From positions 32,001-96,000 of the IMG/VR virus record IMGVR_UViG_3300045988_059940: a stretch of DNA of 64,000 nucleotides; one strand, 5' to 3'. Under the pieces are notes generated by a model that did not search any database, had not been told where the DNA came from, and saw nothing but the letters and a program-made list of their open reading frames with translations. The DNA comes from a virus. Position 1 is the stretch's first letter. Each line of letters starts with the position of its first letter. The position numbers and the translations under genes are program-made. Positions 10,001 through 24,100 of the stretch are shown here, one piece after another.

Positions 10001-12484
10001 TCAATTCTCCCCAGGAACTTTATTTTTTATAGCCACCTTAGCTTTAAGTCTTTCACGTTCAAGAGCAGCATCATCTTTTTGCTTTTGTAGCTCCATTTCA
10101 TGGTTCATGCGCTTCTTTTCCAAGTCAATCTTAGCATCTTCTATTTCACGCTTTTGACGTGCTTCATAGCGTTTCTAATAAGCATCTTGGTCAATCTTAC
10201 GCAGCTGCGTAGCTTCTCTTGCCATCTCTAATGGGTCTGGAATACCGTTCATATCAATATCCTTATTCTCAGTACCACGATATGTACTAATCTCAGCAAC
10301 TGCAATCTTAGTTTGATTATCAGCATCAATACGATAGCGTTCAAGGTCCATTTCAGCCTCTTTTAGCATAAGTTCTTGTTGCTTAGCTTCATTCTACATT
10401 TGTTGTAATTGCATTTGAGCTTGTTGTTCTTGTTGTTGCTGCTGTTGTTGTAATTGCTCTTGACGAGTTTGCATATCTTGCAGTTTCTGCTTAATGATAT
10501 TGAAGTTATCACTGGTAAGTAATTCCGCTGCTTCAAGTAAGCTAGCGCCATTTTGCATAGCAGGTTGTATAAGCTGTTGAAGTTTTTGTATATTCTCCAA
10601 ATCCTTAGAAGCATCACTTACAAATACATCCATATCTTCATAATAGAACTTCTGTGATATATTTAAGAATGCCCTTTCACCATTATCGAATACATATGAA
10701 AGCTTTTGTTTTCCTGAGTCTTGCCAAGCACCTTTGGCTGTATTTAGCAGCATGTTTAATACTCTGCGCTTACATTGATTGTGTACCCAGAATAAAGGCT
10801 CTGTAATATGTGAAGATTGTACAACAGAACGCTCTACATTACCAACAAGTTCAGATGAACTAATTGCACCTTGACGTTGTTCTGTAATACCAGATATAGT
10901 ACCTGCAAGCTGTTCAATCTTATCCATTAATTGAATATATTCAGATATGACATTACTCATTGTTAAGTCAAGAGCTGTAATCTAATTGAACTGAGCAGGT
11001 TTTCCACCTTCTCTCCCTGGCACATTCCAACCTTCGTCATATGGATTAATGAAGTTTACACCAACACTCGATAGATAGTGCATCCAACGTTCTGGTGTAA
11101 TATTCATAGACTTAGGTATCTATGTAATGTCCATATTTACAACCTTACCTTTATCTCTTGCAATAGCCAACTCCAACCTATACCACAATACAATATACAT
11201 GTATTGTAGAGGTTTAAGGATACTAACCAAAGACCTGGGCCTACTATTAGTATTGCTGTATACACAACCACAATATGGAAGCTTTTGTGAATTAGGATTA
11301 TCAAGACTTACAAATTGATACTCTATTGGTTGTATACCGAAGTATAAGTCATTTCCTGCTTTATATCCTTCCCAGACCTCTATAATCCAGTCTGGTTCTA
11401 CTGCTAGTTCTGTACCTACCTTCTTGTATGTCTCATCACATATATTGATTTGTGGTTCACCATTTTCGTCCATCGTGGTCACATAGAATATCTTCTTGAA
11501 AGATTTCCAGCAACAGTGATATACATCTACATGGTGTTTAGAGTTCATGTCTCCACCGTCTGAAAGGTCAATAGAACGCATTCTAATGCCCTAGAACGTA
11601 TCAACACCATCCTTCTCGATGTTATCTACACCAGGTGCACCAGAGAGCATCTCATTGAGTTTATTTAGCTCTTTTTCACTAAGTTTATCATAATACCTAT
11701 CATACACCTCTTGTATAGGTAATTTCATCTTACGAACACACCAAGAACCATCTTCTATAAACTCTAAATCTGGACTCTTATCATAATTAAAGTATAAAGG
11801 ATTTACACGTTCTGCATAAGGGTCACCATTTTGTACACCAACATAATATACTTCTGTACCACTAATTAGACCGTCTTTCCAACCTTTAATAAATTCGTTA
11901 GCTAAACCTAGTTTTTCTTTTAAGTACTCCAATGTGTGGTATGCTGTGTTTTCTATAATATCTTTGTAGTCCTTATCCATATATTTAGCAATAGCTTCTG
12001 GTGGCATTATCTCCCCAGATTGCAGTTGTTGTTCAAACTGCTACTGCTCTTCTGGACTCATTTTTGATTTTATTGATGCCATTATATACTACATCAACAT
12101 ATCCTTTTCTTTGTCTTGCAGCTCTGATACAGCATCCTGTGATGTACGTATAACTCTAAAATTCATTGGTCGTTTTGTTTCTTCACCAATTAATAAGTCT
12201 ATCTTTGGACGTACTATATTAAAGTCCTGTGGAGTAGCAGGAAATCCATCATCTACCTTAAATGGATTGGTTATACGTTTAAAGTCGTCCTCATTGAACA
12301 CACTATTGTATAAATCATAGTATGTTTGCATTTCACTAACATTACTACCTTTAACTAGTGCTGAATTACTTTTTGATTCGCCTATGATATAATCGACACA
12401 CTTATGTTGCCAATCCTTATCTTTCTTTGTAAGTGGTAGTTTTTGTTGCGGAAACGAAGAAGTATGTAAATTACTATCTATCAT
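10001..12484 (-). CDS. portal protein candidate (827 aa, 7 in-frame TAG)
   Basis: Five track ORFs (12089, 11591, 11120, 10394, 10175) are all in frame 2. All gaps were walked and contain TAG only, at 12089, 12041, 11591, 11120, 10982, 10394 and 10175. The stop is TGA at 10001. The gene lies immediately downstream of terL. The call rests on position and size. Confidence 0.6.
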
Positions 12485-12488
12485 ATCG

Positions 12489-14785
12489 TTAAAGTGTAAA
12501 TGTCGGTATGTCGTCCTATTCTGTCACATCGTTGTCCCAGTAATTATTACTAAACAATGGCGTTTCAAATAGTTCGACTTGTTTGTTTTTATCTTTATGT
12601 GCTTGTGTTTTTATCTGATATAACTCTTCTCTATATATCATTACCATACACAAAGCAATTACTCTATCGACGTTTCTTATTCCGTCATTTTCAATCAGCT
12701 CCTCTAATAGAGGTTCGCTGTATATTCGTTCTAAGTTTAGTCGTCCTGGTTCATATTCATCCATTAACCATTCTAATATTAGACCTTCTCCATACGCTCG
12801 TATTGATTTGGTCATATGACAACCTTTTCTTCTTTGTACCTTAGAATCTTTAAATATCTCTGAGATTACTTTGTCTGGCTAATCAGCCAATAAGTAATCA
12901 CAGTGTTTATTGGTGAAATAAGGATAAATTCCTTTACGTTCATTTTCAAATAATAGTCTAGCATTATAGAACAACAATAACTTTCTTACGTTCTCATAAT
13001 ACTCTTCTGCTGTATCTGGTCTACCAGAATACTCAGCTACTATTACGTCATTCCAAGCTTCACCTGCTTGCACGCGTTTAAATATAAATGTAGAGCCTAA
13101 CGAATTAGTAAAGCTCTCATCGTGGTCATCAGTTTGTTATCGTACAGCTTTTTATCTGTACTTCTATATGTTTCCATATAGCCCAGCATACATTATTACT
13201 TTGATAGTATCGGGCACTCGTGGCAAGATTATATTTATTCACTTGCTATGCGTTACGGTGACCTATAACCTTTCGTAATTTATAGGTTTACCACGGTGTT
13301 TCCACATATATTGATTATATAAGGTGTCCTCCGTATTTGCCCGATTTTAGACCCGCTGACTTACGCGTACGGGTCGCACCCCCCTACATATAATCCATAA
13401 GGAGGGTCTTTAACTGGATATTCCCAGATTACAATAGAGCCATGAGGTTTATCATCTTTTTTTAAATGATATGTTGTAATATCACCAGACTTTTTCTCTG
13501 TTGCTACAACATTACCATTCTCAAACCTAAGGTCTACTATATGTTTCATATTCCTAAGCTTTTCGTTTGTTCTAATTCTGGTTAGTTGATTCATCAATAA
13601 CTTTCTAGGGAATATGTTTTTTCCAAGTTCTAATACAGCTTCTTGTGGTTTCAAAGGACGTTCTGATACAAATCTGTCAATAGAAGTCTAACTGGCACCA
13701 CCATCTTTAATAATGTTACGTTGTTTTATTAATTCTTCTATTGCTTTCTCTTTCATTGAGTTTCCATCTTTGTCCATATATATAGGGTTTCCATTTTCAT
13801 CAGAACCCTCCATATTAGACCAAGCTGGAACAAAGAACCCACATTTTTTATCGGTCTATCCGTCATCCCATATGTTTTCAAATCCTAATACATTAAATGC
13901 GTCTGGATTGTAGAATATGTTCTTCAAACCATCAAATGAGCCACCTTCTGTACCACCTGTTCCAAATAGACACAGAAGACCGAAAGCAACACCATCGTCA
14001 GTTTCCACAGCTGGTTGTTCAACACGCCAAGCTGTTTCTAGATTAGGAAACTTACCACCTTCTTCAAATAGTACTAATTTACCACGAGTACCACGAAGAC
14101 GTTCTGGGTCATTCTTCAATGTAATTCCAGTAATGCTTGATAAATAACCCTGTTCAGTCTATTTACCAAATTCATCGGTTACCTTAAAACCAGCAACACG
14201 TTCCATACGAGTACTTGTAAGACGCTGTTTAGACCAGTCTGTATGTTTATCCACAAAGTCCATTATCTACCAGGCTTTGGTTAATATACCATCACCGATT
14301 AAGAATTTTTGTTCTGATGCTACTGCGAAGTTTTTAGAGCCTGGTATCAATTCATAGTTGCGCACTAGCATTGATGCACCTTTAAAACTATATCCTCTCT
14401 GCCTACATTTTAATGTAGCCATATGTTTACCTTGCTCTTCCGCTTCTTCTATTGCATGATAGTAGTAGTAATCGTAATCCCAAAATCTAGGGAAACCAAA
14501 TATACGCTCACGTCTTGTACGTTTTGCACCATATCTGTCTGTATACTCTACTTCTTGCAGTTTCATAATTGGGCTATAATTCAAATAAAAGTAATGATAA
14601 CCAGTTATAGCATCTCCATCGGGAGCTACATACCCATTTATACATCTGTCAGTCTCTCTGTCCCAATATGAATTATAGTCAGTAGTACCTCTTGGTGCAA
14701 GAGTATAACAACCATGTTCCTAAAAAAATATTGCGGCTTCACGGAATTTATCTGAGTTTATCACTCTCTTATTAAAATCAACCAT
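12489..14785 (-). CDS. terL: terminase large subunit, two exons: 14785..13369 and 13129..12489 (685 aa after splicing; 7 in-frame TAG)
   Basis: The N-terminus contains ...GDAITGYHYFYLNYSPI. The nuclease-domain motif GGCDPY|DHDES is restored by splicing. The C-terminal region contains ...NVDRVIALCMV. TAG occurs at 14720, 14267, 14159, 13856, 13688, 12879 and 12516. There is no TAA/TGA in frame in either exon. The spliced length of 2058 nt is divisible by 3. Confidence 0.8.
13130..13368 (-). ncRNA. ORF-less group I intron inside terL (239 nt)
   Basis: The reading frame changes and all frames are closed between 13073 and 13361. P1 pairs exon GACCCGU (13375-13369) with GCGGGUC (13356-13350), with a terminal U.G pair. 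P10 pairs GUCA (13360-13357) with exon-2 UGAC (13128-13125). The terminal G is at 13130. A long-range helix pairs AUCGGGCA (13345-13338) with UGCCCGAU (13216-13209). A GAAA-capped hairpin lies at 13181-13164. Confidence 0.7.
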
Positions 14786-14787
14786 AA

Positions 14788-15306
14788 TTAATTAGGTATT
14801 TCAAATCGACCTATAATACCACCACCTTTAACCTTACCAGATTCCATTTGTTCAGCTTTTGCTTGTTTCATTGCTATATCTAACGATTTAACAACAGAAC
14901 TAACATCTTTTAATATTCTGGTTATTTTGAGCGCAGTATCTATGTCCATGTTTCCTTCTGAATATTGATTCAGAGTTTCTATCAACCCTTCTGCTGCTGA
15001 CTGTGAAGAAGCTAGCAATCTGGTACTAGGAGTCTATTGAAACTCCTAGAACCTTTTTGCTAATTCTTTTACAGATACAGAAGGAATATAATTCTCATCT
15101 TTAAATACATCTTTTGCTACAATTGAAGCCCTTTCCTTCTCTGGATACGCTTCATATGGCGTATTCCATTTATATAACCATACGATGTATTCTATTTCCT
15201 TCAACGCCTATTCTTTATCTTTGGCAGTATTGTAATGTTCCTTAAATGGCGGTACTGCTAAGTCTTCGGTGTTGAGTTTTATTTTACTTCCTTGTATATC
15301 AAACAT
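14788..15306 (-). CDS. hypothetical protein upstream of terL (possible small terminase subunit; TAG at 15034, 15046, 15208)
   Basis: ATG at 15306 and TAA at 14788, which is 2 nt before the terL ATG. The frame was walked and contains TAG only. The function is guessed from position only. Confidence 0.35.
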
Positions 15307-15317
15307 ATTTAATTATA

Positions 15318-16547
15318 TTATGCTACTACTGTACCATTGGCGTCAACCCATTTGTTATCTTTACCAAACCAGAGCGGTTTATTCTTTACTGTATCAAAGA
15401 ACATTTGACCAAGTACTGGATTTGCTGGTCTAGTTGCAGCAGGAGTTTGTGGCAATACATCTTGTACTTTCCTACCATCAGCCAAATACATATCTCCGTT
15501 CACCCTAATATCTAATGCATTACTTCTTACTGTATCAGACTATCCATTACCTATTGTAAATAACGAAGACTATTTAGCTTGATTTGCATCTTTTACAATA
15601 GTACTATAAGAACCATCCCCAACTGTATTTGAAAACGCGCCGAATACAGCTGCATAATCTACATTAGATTTATTATTATTTCCAGTTATAAACTAAGCGT
15701 TTTTGTAAGACTTATTCTTTGCACCAGATATAAAAGACCCATTGGCGTTTGCGCCTATGTAGTTAGAAAATCCAAATGTTGCTGAATATTTTGTTTTTTC
15801 TGCAATATTCTATGTACCAACCGCAATACTATTTGTATAGTTTCCACGATTCTCACCAGCAAGTATTGAACATTTACCATCATTGCTAGTTGTAAACATA
15901 GAAATAATGCCAGGTTTTGTTAATCCGCATTCTATTGCATTTGTGATTATGACCTTATTGTCGGAATTAACATCAAATATTACTTTCTTTAATGTAGATT
16001 TTGAAAATTTTTCACCTTCTAGTTTTAATCCGTTGGCGTATTTTCCAACAATCATATATACATCGTAAGACTTTAAATATGTATATGACGAACTTGTACT
16101 ATCATACGCAGTGACCGCGATGTCACCATTTACAGACTTTATTTTAAATATATATGCATTTGCTATTATTAAATTCTGTTCACCTTTATTTAGAATGCCG
16201 AATCCGCAAAGTATAGATGTATTGCCCAAAGATGCAATATTATATCCAGAAATAATATCCGATGGACCAGAATATACATTGTGGTTTGACTTTATTGTAG
16301 TTAGTGTTATTGCTGTATTATTTATATTTTCTGTCTTATTGTCTGCGGAATAAGATGGCGATATAACACTATCTACTAATGAATTAGATGTTCCACCAAC
16401 AATATTTAAAGATTTTACTTCATTTGCATCCAATATTGTACCTGGTTCAAAACCATTTTTTATATCACCCAAAACTATCTATGGTGTAACGGCATACTTT
16501 AATCCTCCACCCTAAATAGTTGTACCATTTAATTTTACTGTTTCCAT
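15318..16547 (-). CDS. tail fibre protein (409 aa, 6 in-frame TAG)
   Basis: ATG at 16547 and TAA at 15318. Frame 0 was walked, with TAG at 16512, 16479, 15810, 15693, 15570 and 15540. The composition is Gly/Asn/Ser-rich and beta-like. The C-terminus GQMFFDTVKNKPLWFGKDNKWVDANG resembles fibre tip repeats. Confidence 0.55.
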
Positions 16548-19500
16548 TAATTATAATAGTTTTTAGTTGTATTATTATCTAATAGAGTTTTTGGATTTTC
16601 ATGTATAGCATTTGCACCATAGTTCATAAATACTTCTCCATACTCTAATTTATTATGTCCAGCTGAAACATATCTATTTGGTGTAAATACCTATGCAAAC
16701 TTAACCTTTCCTGGACTTACAAATAGTGTACTACCACAGAAAGCACCTCTTATATAAGATAATTGATTAAATCCGTAGAATACGCCACTTATCTATACTG
16801 GTTGAGATGAGTTGCCCGTAACATAATGACAATATGCAAATGCAAACCCTATGTCTCCTAATACAGACTTATTTATATCCTATATAGCAGAAAGATTAGT
16901 TCCTAGATACAATGTTATACCATTAAATGTATTTCTAAGAGTTGTTATATTAGGACAGTATTTAAACAAGCTCTTTGGTATTGTGTAATTTGTAGTACCG
17001 TCTAATAAAGTATATGTAGACAAATATGTACAATTATAAAACATTCCAGTTATATTTTTTGTATAACCATTAAATGGTAACAATAATACTGGTGGAATAC
17101 GTCCGAATAATCCGCCTCTATCTTGAACATTATAACCACATCCACAACCGTAAAATATATTCTATATCTCAGCATCACCATTACAATATCTAAATAAATC
17201 TGGTGCGCAACAATAGTTTAGTGTACCACTTAATATAGTATTATCTCTTGTGATTACAGAAGATACTAAGTTCTCATCGTGTTCATCATCTCCATCATGT
17301 ACCCCAGTCTTCTTATGTACACCATCATAACTCCACATTATTGTGTTGTTTACAGTATCAGGTTGAGCTTTCTAGAATTTACCATTTATAAATAATATGT
17401 TGTATGGTTGATATGTATGGTTTTGAATTTCCTCTGGACTGTTATTAACATAAGGTTGTATATAATTGTACTAAAATAGATTATTAGTAAAGTTTATCTT
17501 TGAGTTTGGTTTCTTTGTAGTAATTGTAGTTTTAAAATATACAACACCTTCTGGGTTCTATATTACCGTACCATCTTTACTCCACTCTATTGTTTCGCCT
17601 GTCTATTTATATTTAAATATATCACCGTTCTTATGTGTTATTGTCACAGTTGTTGTTGAAACACCATTTGATGTAGATGTTTCTGATTCAATTTTACCAT
17701 CAACTATTCCATAATATGTCTATGTAACATCCGTTTCACCGTGATATAATAACTTATACGGTATATGACTTTTTATCCGCTCTTGATATGAAGAATTTGC
17801 AAACAAATAAGATACCTAATTTAATGAAGTACAATTTGCAAACGAGTTCCCAGTAAGCTTATAATCAAACTTTAAATCTGAGAACAAACCATATACATCG
17901 GTTAACTATGGATTGTTTATAAATAAATTACCAGGTAACTCTGGAATAGATATTAGATTTTCTGCTGTTGAATTACTGAACAAATATCGTACAACACTTA
18001 ACTTTTTACAATCTTTAAATATATTTTCTGGAAAACCTCCAACAATACGCTTTTTATAGCCATATCCAAACATTGTTATATTGTTGATAGTGCTTCTATT
18101 ATTAAAATGCGTAAGGTTGGTAAAACCTTCAAATAACTGATTTGTAATTGGGAAATCAACAGATGTTGTACCTTTGCTTAAGCATGCAAATGCAGATATA
18201 ACTGATACATGTTGTGGATGCTTGAACATATTCTTAAAAGATATGGTTCCTTTTCCATAACTTGAAATAAAAGCATCAGATACAGAATTTACTGGATTTT
18301 CAAAAGTTATTGTATCATAATCTATAAAACATGCGTTAAAGCAACTAGTATAATTCTTTGTTAATAAATTCTTGGTAAACATTGTAAGATTTCCTCTATC
18401 AGCACCGCCAGTTTTTGATAATTCTAAATCTCCATTGGCGTATTTATTATCAAAGTCTACAAATCCTGCATTGTTTACATCTTCAACGATGATTGAATTT
18501 TTATGATTAAAAAATCCAGTAAATGAATTTATTTTATAATTCTTAGATGAATGTCTAAACATAAATCTATCGAACATGCCGTGGAATCCATTTGCCCAAC
18601 AATCTATATTTGTCAAACTATCTATAAGTGGACTAAACAGACCGTTGTCTTTCGTAACATTGTTTTCATCGTGTTCTGGTGAGAATATTCTAATGTTTTT
18701 ATAACATCCCCATAGAATATCACGAATATCCCAAACGCCAGTTGCGAAATGATACATATAACGATTTGGACTATTATCCACAGTAGCTGTACGTTCAAAG
18801 TTTACCTTTGACTAAAAGAACATACCACGTAAACTCTTCATCTGTCCTAAGTTTGATAATGCGTAGTATACATCAAATACTGTACATGCGGTTTCTCTAA
18901 ACATATAATCACACACAGCAGTTCCAAATGTTATATTAGTTACACCATCACCACTTTGCCACGGCATCTTCCAATTCAATGGAGGCTGTTTACCTTTACT
19001 ATCTGGATTAGTTATTTCGTATGGCATAAGAACTCTACCGTCTGTGTCTACAACAGATTTGTTCATAAATTTAACAGTAGATACATCTGAACCATGTAGT
19101 GAGAATTTATTCAGCAGATAAAACGTTCTTGTTGATGCAATTACTATATTACCATATAAACGCTTTAAATTGGCACAGCCTTGGAATTGCTAAGTTAAAG
19201 TAATAGGTTTATCTTTATCATTAGCAAACTGTATGTATTCTACTGTACTATTTTGGCTAATATTGAATGTTTGTAAACCTGTAAACTTACTAAGATTTAA
19301 TATATCTTTGCTAGATGGACTTCCTTTTATTGCACTACCGTTCAAGTATAAGTTTTCAACGTTAGCTTCATTACAGTTGTCGATAGTAACATAATTCAAC
19401 TTAGAATTTGAAGATAAATCTATACTGGTAAGTGCTCGCAAATCAGATAGTGTAACATAATTTGTATTAGAATCACCAATCAATGCTTGGTTGTTTATTA

Positions 19501-21037
19501 TTCTTACACTATCTAACCTAGGACAGTTTTCAATAGCAATTTGTGTTAAGTTTACATTATTTGCTATTGTTAAATTAGTAAGATTTTTACAGTTTATAAT
19601 CTATACCTTTTGTAAGTTATTATAACCAGACAAGTCCAAAGATGTATAACCATCGCAATCTTCTATATAAACCGTCTATAAATTGTTACATCCTGTCAAG
19701 TCAATCTGTTTTAGATATGGTTGATGTCTCAAATCCAACTCATTTATGTTAGACCTTTGTATCTATAATGTTTTCAAAGGTACGTTGGTCGGTATGTATA
19801 TGTTTGTAATACATTTACTACCAGATATATTTATATCAGTAAGTTTAGTAAACTTTGTAAATGCGTGTGGAGTTTTGCTGTTTTGTTCTATATCTAAAAC
19901 AAATGTTTTCGTGGGGTCTAAGCACTGTGTATTAGAAAAGTCCATAGTTCTAATCTAAGACTGTATGTCTTTTCTAAATACATCTAATTTAAAGTCTGGG
20001 CTAAAATGTTTGTTGCCACTCAAATCTATTTCATATAATGCTGGGAATCCTAATGCATCTATTGTATTTTGTGCTTCTGTTGCAGCTAATATAGATACCT
20101 ACATACTTGATAACTTATTGTTAGCATTACCAAGCTTTATGAAGTTATTTGAATTAGTAATGTTCCAGTTATATGGACCACCATATTTAATGTTGCCAAC
20201 GTTTACAAACGTTTCTTTATTGTCCTATAAGAAATAGAAAGCGGTAACTGTATCGCCAATACTTATCTTTGATATTATTGGACAGTTTGTTGTTACTGGG
20301 AATACCTGTTGATTTGTACCCATTATACTGTTACCAGTAGATACATCTGCATTTGATTTAAATGTAATAGATTGCTGTTGCTTTGCAGTATCGCGCCACT
20401 TAAATAAGCTATCTAAGAATATAGTATGCTTCTTCAACCAATTTCTACTATGTGCAATCTTACGACCATGTAGCTTAGTCATATCTTTTGTATTACTAAT
20501 TTGGTCGTTAGTAAATTGTAATAGATATTTTAGCTTATAGTCATAATTAAATATCAACGAACCACAATCTGATGTTTGCTTATCAAAGTATTCATCAATG
20601 AAATAATTCGTAAATGTATCATATCCTTTTGACTTAGCTAAATCTTCTGTAAACTTTCTAAAATCATACCAATATTTTGTATATAGTGAATTTACATCTT
20701 CTCCAAATACTGCCCTACTAAACGATGTGTCTAATGACAACCACAGTTTGTTTGTATTTGCAGACACTGTTTTTCTAGATATAGCTTCGTCGAAATTAAA
20801 TGTTTCTGATACATACTACAATCCATTTTGTGCATTTGCAACAGTACCCTTGTTTGTTAGATACTTAATCCACACATCTGGTGTAATAGACAACTAACCT
20901 TGGTTATCACCGCTCATAGAACAGTCTAGGTCATAAAAGTCAGTAAGGTATTTGTTTCCATCCCAAGACCTATATGTTGAGTTCTTTCCAAAGTTATCAA
21001 CTAATCCAAAGAAGTTTGCAATGATGAAGTATTTCAT
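16535..21037 (-). CDS. very large tail/receptor-binding protein with leucine-rich-repeat (BspA-like) regions (1500 aa, 21 in-frame TAG)
   Basis: Seven track ORFs are all in frame 2. Every gap was walked codon by codon and contains TAG only. For example, 17084-17905 has 8 TAG and no TAA/TGA across 274 codons. ATG at 21037 and TAA at 16535. LRR-like periodicity is visible in 18.0-19.7 kb (..NLT.I.I.NC..L..V.., SIDLSSNSKLNYVTIDNC). Confidence 0.65.
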
Positions 21038-21115
21038 TGCACTTTCTACATTGAATCCTAGGTTCTCAGCACTTACTGCATTGGAATCAATTTCAATATC
21101 TTGTTTCTAACCAGT

Positions 21116-24100
21116 CTTATAATAGTTATTAAAGTTATCAACTGAGTATAAATCATAAGACCCTGCAATATAGTTTTTAGAAATCGTACCAATAGAGTCA
21201 CTACTATAACAGCGTTCTATTGGGAAGCGCATTATGTTCTTTACGAACTGTACAAATCCTGGGTAATCGCTAACCTATTTATTTGATGGGTATCTAACAT
21301 CAAACCTACGATTTAAGATTTCTCTATCACTTTGCCAGAAATCACCATTTGAAGTATTTATACCTTCTGGAAGTGTATCTTTTACATTTGCAAAATCACT
21401 TAGAGATACAGTATCTTTAATTTCTATCCAGTTTGCATTTTGTGTATCTTCCTCTACGTATTTTACTTTATCTTTATAGAATGGGAATGTAGTTACCTCA
21501 AATACATTATTACCTTCATCTACGATTTTATTTACTTTCTTAAATCCTAAGTTTCTATATGCGTTACGACCTAGGTTAAATGAATATATTCCAAGTGGCG
21601 TAGTAGATACTTTATTTTGCGCATCTGTGTAGAATTTCATTATTAAGAATACAGGGAAACCTTCTACTGTATGTTTAAGTGTAGCTGTCTTTTGCTGCTT
21701 CTTAACATAATCAGACTCATATACATTGTCTACTGCTTTTTTATCGAATGGGAAATATTCAGATGTACCAATTCTACCAAGTGCACTATTTATAAACGAA
21801 CCAATAGAAGCATTACTAGCATGAGAGCTGTCTACAACGTCAGCTTTAAGTGTATATGTCTGTTCAGGAAACCATGTAGATTTTGGTACAAATGCTGTTG
21901 TGTCAGGTACAGTTATGTTTACGTTCTTAACTGCGTCTGCTAGCGTTGAAGTACCTTGTAATTCAATTGTGACACCGTTAATTGTTTTAATACTAGTGTC
22001 AATACCTGTCTTATCTTGTTTGTTTATTCCAACTGGGTCCCAGTATTGTATAACTTTATTTGTAGTAGCAGTTAGAGTTGTAGATGATGCTGATTGCTGT
22101 TTTACAAACTAATCAAATGTCCAAGATGAGTCGTTACTAACATCAATCAATACAATAGGTATGCCAATAAATGCAGCCTATTCTTGTATGCTTTTACTAT
22201 TTAATCTACCATTAGAATCTAGTAAGAAGTCTACATTATAGCCAGTATGCTCGTTGTATAGGTATGATTTAATACTACCATCAGATTTTCTTTCACAGAA
22301 GTTCTTTTTTAATTCTACCTATATTCTTGCATAGTTTGGAGTTCCATTTACATAATCAGTTGACACAATATTATTTATACTATCAACCATTATGTCGAAC
22401 TCATTAAGTGCATATGTATATATATTCATGTTATATATATCTACATCACACTTATTATATATTACAGACTTTCCATTCTTAATATATTGTCTAGCTCCTA
22501 AATATATAGTATCACCAAATACAATTGGAGTTGTTAGATTTCTAATAGCTGACAATACTCCGTCCAAATACACCTTGACTACATATGATACACTATCCAC
22601 ATATCCAGTTGCTATTTGTGTACGTGTCGTCTACTTCTTACACGTAATTGTAATATCATTTTCAGTACTATCTTCAAGCTATATTACATTTTCATTATTA
22701 ATATAAATGTTATGTACATCAATGGATATACCATTAATCATAGCTCCAAGATTCTAGTCTGCAACAGAAGTATTACCAGAGAATAATATTGTTCTCTCAT
22801 CATCTGGGTGATAGTCTGCTTTATAATGTATATGAATTGTAAATTCGTCACCGCTTGACGATATGATGTCATTAAACTTATATTTTCTAGATTCTAGTGA
22901 AATGTCATCAAATTTGGCATATGCACCATTACTAATCCTATAATACTATACAGCAGAATCTAAAATAGATACTCTTGACCTAATATTACTTTCCATTGTT
23001 CGCAACACAGAACCTATTTGGAATTGTGATTTATAGTTTGTATTTGTAAATTCAAACGTATCATCACCAACGTTCTATGCTCTGGCATGCAATGAGAATA
23101 TTCTGTTGTTTATAATATTAGATGTGTCTGATAAATATGTAACTGATGATTTTATAAACTTAATGTAATATGTCGTAGTTGCTGTCTTCTGTCCAGAAGT
23201 AACGGTCACCTTCAACGGTACTGTCTTATTTGCAACAGTCCACGGTTTATTATTTACAGATATATAATCACTAACCTACCTACCAAATACACCGTCAGCG
23301 TCTTGTCTAACAAGATTTCCATCTATTTCTATATTATACTTATAAGACGTGTACTGACTTACATATGCTGTAAATACAACATTAACAGAACCATCCATAC
23401 TAACCTCTGTTGGCTGTCCTTGTACTTTGCTCATTACAGCAGACGATATTAGAATTTCTGATGACACCACTGTCATTGTAGATTTAATCGTCTTCTTTAC
23501 AGATTGTGTTGTTTTGTTCTGTAAAGTACATTCTACAACATAACTATCTATGTAATCTTCTGTCTATCCTATCAAGTCACTAAGTACAATAGATTTTAAG
23601 AACTAGTCGGTTGTAGCAATTACTAAGTCATACTCTTTTGTAATTGTATGTAATCTACCTATGAGCTTAATTGTCAACTTGTAGTTACCGACAACACCTA
23701 CACTATAATACAACTTTAAAAAAGAAGTATTTAAGCTAGTTAGTGTACTTTGTATATCTTCACATGACATTTCTATGTTGTTGTCAATAATAACACCAGA
23801 CCACTGTGCAGAGCCGTATATACCCTTTTCGTCATCTTCATAAGATGCAGATATATTCAGCTTTCCAGTATGATTTGATAATTGACTTACAACAGTATCA
23901 TATGGTACAAACAGTATAGGATTTGACGCATTAGCTACTGAACTATATATCTATGTACTACCTATACGAGCTATTACATTCCACCCTTTATTGTATTTTA
24001 CACTTAAATCTGACAGCTTTATCTGTAAACCTCCCTAGTCCATTATTATTTGTGAACCAGTTGGTTTATCATTTACAGTAATAGTTGTATTTACTTCTGT

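Noticed and set aside
13073-13361. A sequencing frameshift or programmed ribosomal frameshift inside terL.
   Set aside because: The gap is about 240 nt and closed in all frames. It has P1/P10 pairings, a terminal G and internal helices consistent with a group I intron. Splicing restores the conserved DPY-DHD junction exactly in frame.
12489-14785. The terminase and other late genes as pseudogenes, or as products of frameshifts or poor assembly, because the standard-code ORFs are fragmented.
   Set aside because: The interruptions are exclusively TAG and stay in frame. They are numerous, with no accompanying TAA/TGA or indels. A CUA-anticodon tRNA is encoded nearby. The pattern indicates recoding, not decay.
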